This document shows positions 60,736 through 64,000 of a stretch of 64,000 nt of DNA, in pieces (position 1 is the stretch's first letter; every line of letters starts with the position of its first letter). The notes beneath the pieces are model-generated. The model made no database searches. It was not told the DNA's origin and saw nothing but the letters and a program-made list of their open reading frames with translations. The position numbers and the translations under genes are program-made. The stretch comes from Phycisphaerae bacterium (lineage in GTDB: Bacteria; Planctomycetota; Phycisphaerae; UBA1845; Fen-1342): the NCBI GenBank assembly GCA_963675745.2, contig CAXXWX010000019.1, positions 160,001 to 224,000 on the forward strand, read 5' to 3'.

Positions 60736-61144
60736 TGTCCAAGTCGCCGCCCCGCGGCAACCTCCATGTTGCCCAGCCGCGCGTGGTTTGATCAATGTGC
60801 TCAAGCTCCTCTGCGTTTGAACCGCCCCGCCGATGGTCGCTGGCGCATCCAGGTACGGGGAACCTCCACAACATTGTAGCGTCGGCGATCCGCGCGCCAA
60901 AACCCGCCAGACGGGCTAAAAACGCGCACAGACCGCGTCACACCGCCCATCAAGCCGAAACGCGGACTGACATCAGGGGGCATTCGTCGCGCCCGAGAGC
61001 CACATCAGCGCGTCCAAGCGGCGGCAACGAGGCCACGCCGTGCGCAATACCGCGTTTGTGGATTCTCGATTCCCGGAGGCGATGCCCCTATAATCACGCC
61101 CCACTGGCCAACATGTTCATACACAGGGTAGCCACCAAACAGCC

Positions 61145-61828
61145 ATGATTATCACGATCGATGGACCGGCGGGAGCTGGAAAAACAACCACGGCGCGGCG
61201 CCTTGCCGAGCGACTGGGCATCCCCTACCTCGACACCGGCGCGATGTACCGCGTCGTAACACTCGCAGCGCTCAGCGACGGTATCGATCTGGCCGACGAG
61301 GAAGCCCTCACGCGCACCGCGGCGCGCGATGATTACGATTTACAGCTCAAGTCCGACGGCATTCGCGTGCAACTCCGCGGCCGCGACGTAACTGACGCAA
61401 TCCGTACCATGCGCGTAAACGACCACACGCGCTACATTGCCGGATCGCCCGGCGTGCGCCGGTTGCTTATCGAGAAGCAGCGCAGCATTGCGGAGCGCGT
61501 CGGTTCGCTGGTAACAGAGGGTCGTGATCAGGGCACCGCCGCCTTTCCCGAGGCCGACGTGAAGTTCTTCATCCTGGCGGACCTTGATACGCGTGGCCGG
61601 CGCCGCCTGGATGAATTAAGCGACGCCCGGAACGTAACTCTTGAGGAGGTAAAGGGGAACCTGGCCCAGCGTGACCGCACTGACGCCGGCCGGCCGGTCG
61701 CCCCACTGGTCAAGCCCGACGACGCCATCGAGATCGACACCTCGCATCTGCCGGTCGAAGCCGTCGTCGAGACGATGCTCTCGCACCTGCGGCGTGCGGG
61801 ACTCTGGCAGGTGGAGAAACAGCCGTGA
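61145..61828 (+). CDS. cmk: Cytidylate kinase
   Basis: TIDGPAGAGKTT, YLDTGAMYR, EGRDQGT, RDRTD..R.VAPL. Confidence 0.96.
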   Translation: MIITIDGPAGAGKTTTARRLAERLGIPYLDTGAMYRVVTLAALSDGIDLADEEALTRTAARDDYDLQLKSDGIRVQLRGRDVTDAIRTMRVNDHTRYIAGSPGVRRLLIEKQRSIAERVGSLVTEGRDQGTAAFPEADVKFFILADLDTRGRRRLDELSDARNVTLEEVKGNLAQRDRTDAGRPVAPLVKPDDAIEIDTSHLPVEAVVETMLSHLRRAGLWQVEKQP

Positions 61829-62469
61829 GCCGCATGCGGCCGCATTATCGCATTGGCCGCCGCATCTGCCACTGCGTGTTCACGACACTGCTGCGGGGGC
61901 GCACGTTTGGTGTCCGCAACGTGCCGGTTGAGGGCGGGGTGCTGCTGGTCTGCAACCACCAGAGCTTCCTGGACCCGATGCTGGCGACGCTGGCGCTGCC
62001 GCGGGAATGCTGTTACATGGCGCGCGATTCGCTGTTCAGGAACGAGACGTTCGCCAGGCTCATCCGAGCGTTCAACGCGTTTCCCATCAAACGTGGCACC
62101 GCAGATCTGAAAGGTATCAGGGAGGCGCTACAGCGCCTGAAGGCGGGCATGCTGGTCACCGCGTTTCCCGAAGGCACGCGCACGCTGGACGGGAGTGTTG
62201 GCCCGATGCATGCCGGTACGATTCTCATGTCGCGCCGGGCCAAAGTGCCGGTCGTGCCGGCGACCATCCTGGGGGCGTACAAGGCCTGGCCGCGACACGC
62301 CAGGTTTCCCCGGCCGGTGCCGATCATCGTCTCATATGGCGAGCCACTATGGCCCGCGCAGGCCGCCGAGCTCAGCGATGAGCAGGCCATCACAGTGGTT
62401 CGCGACCGTATCGTGGACATGTATGAGCGCTATCGGCGCCACCCGTTGCTCGCGCACGGAGGCCGGTGA
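61825..62469 (+). CDS. plsC: 1-acyl-sn-glycerol-3-phosphate acyltransferase
   Basis: NHQSFLDP, FPEGTR. GTGA overlap with cmk. Confidence 0.9.
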   Translation: MSRMRPHYRIGRRICHCVFTTLLRGRTFGVRNVPVEGGVLLVCNHQSFLDPMLATLALPRECCYMARDSLFRNETFARLIRAFNAFPIKRGTADLKGIREALQRLKAGMLVTAFPEGTRTLDGSVGPMHAGTILMSRRAKVPVVPATILGAYKAWPRHARFPRPVPIIVSYGEPLWPAQAAELSDEQAITVVRDRIVDMYERYRRHPLLAHGGR

Positions 62470-62512
62470 GCCCCGCGGCGCCTCAATTCGCTGGTTAGTG
62501 CGCGCTGACGAG

Positions 62513-64000
62513 TCAGTCTCCCGCCAAAACCGCCGCGCGATTGAAGACATCTTCGGCGTGCGGCACGTTGAGCAGCTCGAGGTAGATTCGCGTGTCCACG
62601 GTCACCGCGACCTGCCCGTGGCCCAGGTCGGCGACGTTGAGCGGGTTGCCGCGGTAGTTGGTTGCCCGCAAGTCGGTGACGTTGACGCCGTCCAGGATCA
62701 CCTGGGGCGTGTCGCCCGACGCCCTGGGCCAGAGCGTGGCGAAGCGGTTGCCTTGGGCGCGGTCTTCCGACAAGTAGACAGTGACACGGCCGGCTGCATC
62801 CGCGACATGCACACGCGCCACGGGGAGGAGATGGTCAGTGCCGGCGCCATCGGTGAAGAGCATGAAGTCCTTGCCCGGGTGGGCGACCGTCTTGCGCACG
62901 TGTTCGTCAAAATGCCCTGCGAGACGCAGGGCCTCGTATCGTGAGATCAGGTGCAGATTCTCGTCGCGCAGCGGCCAGGTGCGGAAGGTGCTCAGCCACG
63001 TCTCGAAGATCGGCGGCATCTCGTGGGCGATGCACTTCACCAGCGCGTATTCAAGCTCGTCAGGCGTCGTCTGTGGCGTCAGCGGTCGCGAGATCTGCAC
63101 CCAGCCGATCTGGGGCTGGATGAAAGCGAGCTGTTTCTCGCGCCGCTCAATCGACGTGACATTGCGGTCAACCTCGTTCTTGAGCGGAGCCCCGTCCTGC
63201 GGCAAGTAGTCGATCTGCCCGTCCGACCCGATCATCGTCCACTGCAATCCAGCCGCCGAATTACTCGATACCTCAAACCAGTCGGGCTTGCGCGTCAGCT
63301 TCTGCCAGAGGATGTGGGGCTGCACGGCGGTCGCGAACCACGACGGTTCCTGCGGGTGCTCCAGGCCATCGGTGTACACGTAGTCGAAATTGAGCGTGTC
63401 CAGCAGGGCCGCCTGGTTGGTGCAGACTTCGGCAAGGCCGCCGCGCTCGATGTCGACCCAATAGCGATTCGGGCCGGTTTTGACGAGGTGCCCGATGTCG
63501 GTACCGGCGCTGTGTGCTTGCGGCCCGAGGCCGTCGGAGCTCGGCTGGTATTTGGCGCGTACAAACGGCCCCGTGAAGCCGTAAGGCGCGCTGGTGCGCA
63601 CGCCTGAATACTCGATGAGCTCGCGCCCGATCAGTATCTCGCGCTGATCCGGCGCGGTGGGCCAATCGGCGGTGGTGGTGGTCGTTTCGATCAGGCCATC
63701 GATCTGATCGGCGGGAAGATCGGCGGCGAGCGTCGTGGTCCGGTCGTGATACAGTGCAATATCGCAGCCGTCCTCGACGTATTCGCACTCAGGACCGATG
63801 TAGAGGCGCGTCGGAAACAGGTGCGCGCCGACGACGATTCCCTCGGCGTGGCACTGATCGATCCACGACACAAGCGCACTTCGTGAGCCCCAGCCATCCG
63901 CCACCTCCGAGCGCTTCAGGTGACTCTGCCAACTGGGCGTGTAGAGCATTATTCGGCCGGCGCCCGCCTCGCGCGTATAGTCGAGCGCCTCCTGGCAATT
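62513..64000 (-). CDS. Hypothetical protein, possibly TIM-barrel glycoside-hydrolase-like (5' part outside window)
   Basis: Frame is open to the right edge (NCQEALDYTREAGAGRIM...). IDQCHAEGIVVGAH and FDYVYTDGLE resemble GH barrel motifs. Confidence 0.75.
   Translation of the reverse strand, partial: NCQEALDYTREAGAGRIMLYTPSWQSHLKRSEVADGWGSRSALVSWIDQCHAEGIVVGAHLFPTRLYIGPECEYVEDGCDIALYHDRTTTLAADLPADQIDGLIETTTTTADWPTAPDQREILIGRELIEYSGVRTSAPYGFTGPFVRAKYQPSSDGLGPQAHSAGTDIGHLVKTGPNRYWVDIERGGLAEVCTNQAALLDTLNFDYVYTDGLEHPQEPSWFATAVQPHILWQKLTRKPDWFEVSSNSAAGLQWTMIGSDGQIDYLPQDGAPLKNEVDRNVTSIERREKQLAFIQPQIGWVQISRPLTPQTTPDELEYALVKCIAHEMPPIFETWLSTFRTWPLRDENLHLISRYEALRLAGHFDEHVRKTVAHPGKDFMLFTDGAGTDHLLPVARVHVADAAGRVTVYLSEDRAQGNRFATLWPRASGDTPQVILDGVNVTDLRATNYRGNPLNVADLGHGQVAVTVDTRIYLELLNVPHAEDVFNRAAVLAGD

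Overview
High-GC bacterial chromosome window, most consistent with a Planctomycetota (Phycisphaerae-like) genome. That assignment is inferred from the Ser/Thr kinase-TPR proteins, prepilin-type DUF1559-like proteins, very long FliD and a DPN-repeat surface protein. The first ~10 kb is an accessory region. It holds two divergently oriented copies of a module that the ORF track misses: a conserved upstream element, an 18-aa Trp/Phe-rich peptide gene with a strong RBS (MWPDPFYWLNFLFIFPWF and MWPDPWWLFNFFSIFPWW), a GC stem-loop, a second promoter-like site, and a membrane Ser/Thr kinase with 42-aa TPR repeats. This is the best candidate for an undescribed system, a peptide/TPR-kinase signalling pair. 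The same region contains a truncated FGE/SUMF1-like gene, an IS1380 remnant and a decayed integrative-element relic. Between 9.4 and 12.7 kb, repeated +1 G insertions (probably assembly errors) hide a zinc-ribbon membrane gene and split a prepilin-type gene. The rest is mostly core or metabolic: fliS/fliD, GH127, DUF2339, putA, gdhA, trmB, cysK, cysC, cmk, plsC. Two other loci stand out. One is a Cys-rich PocR histidine kinase, a receiver-DUF5678-like fusion and a retropepsin-like protease in one operon. The other is a RuBisCO-like protein fused to a methylsulfurylase-like cupin. No rRNA, tRNA or CRISPR array was recognised. All family calls come from motif recognition by eye, not database searches.
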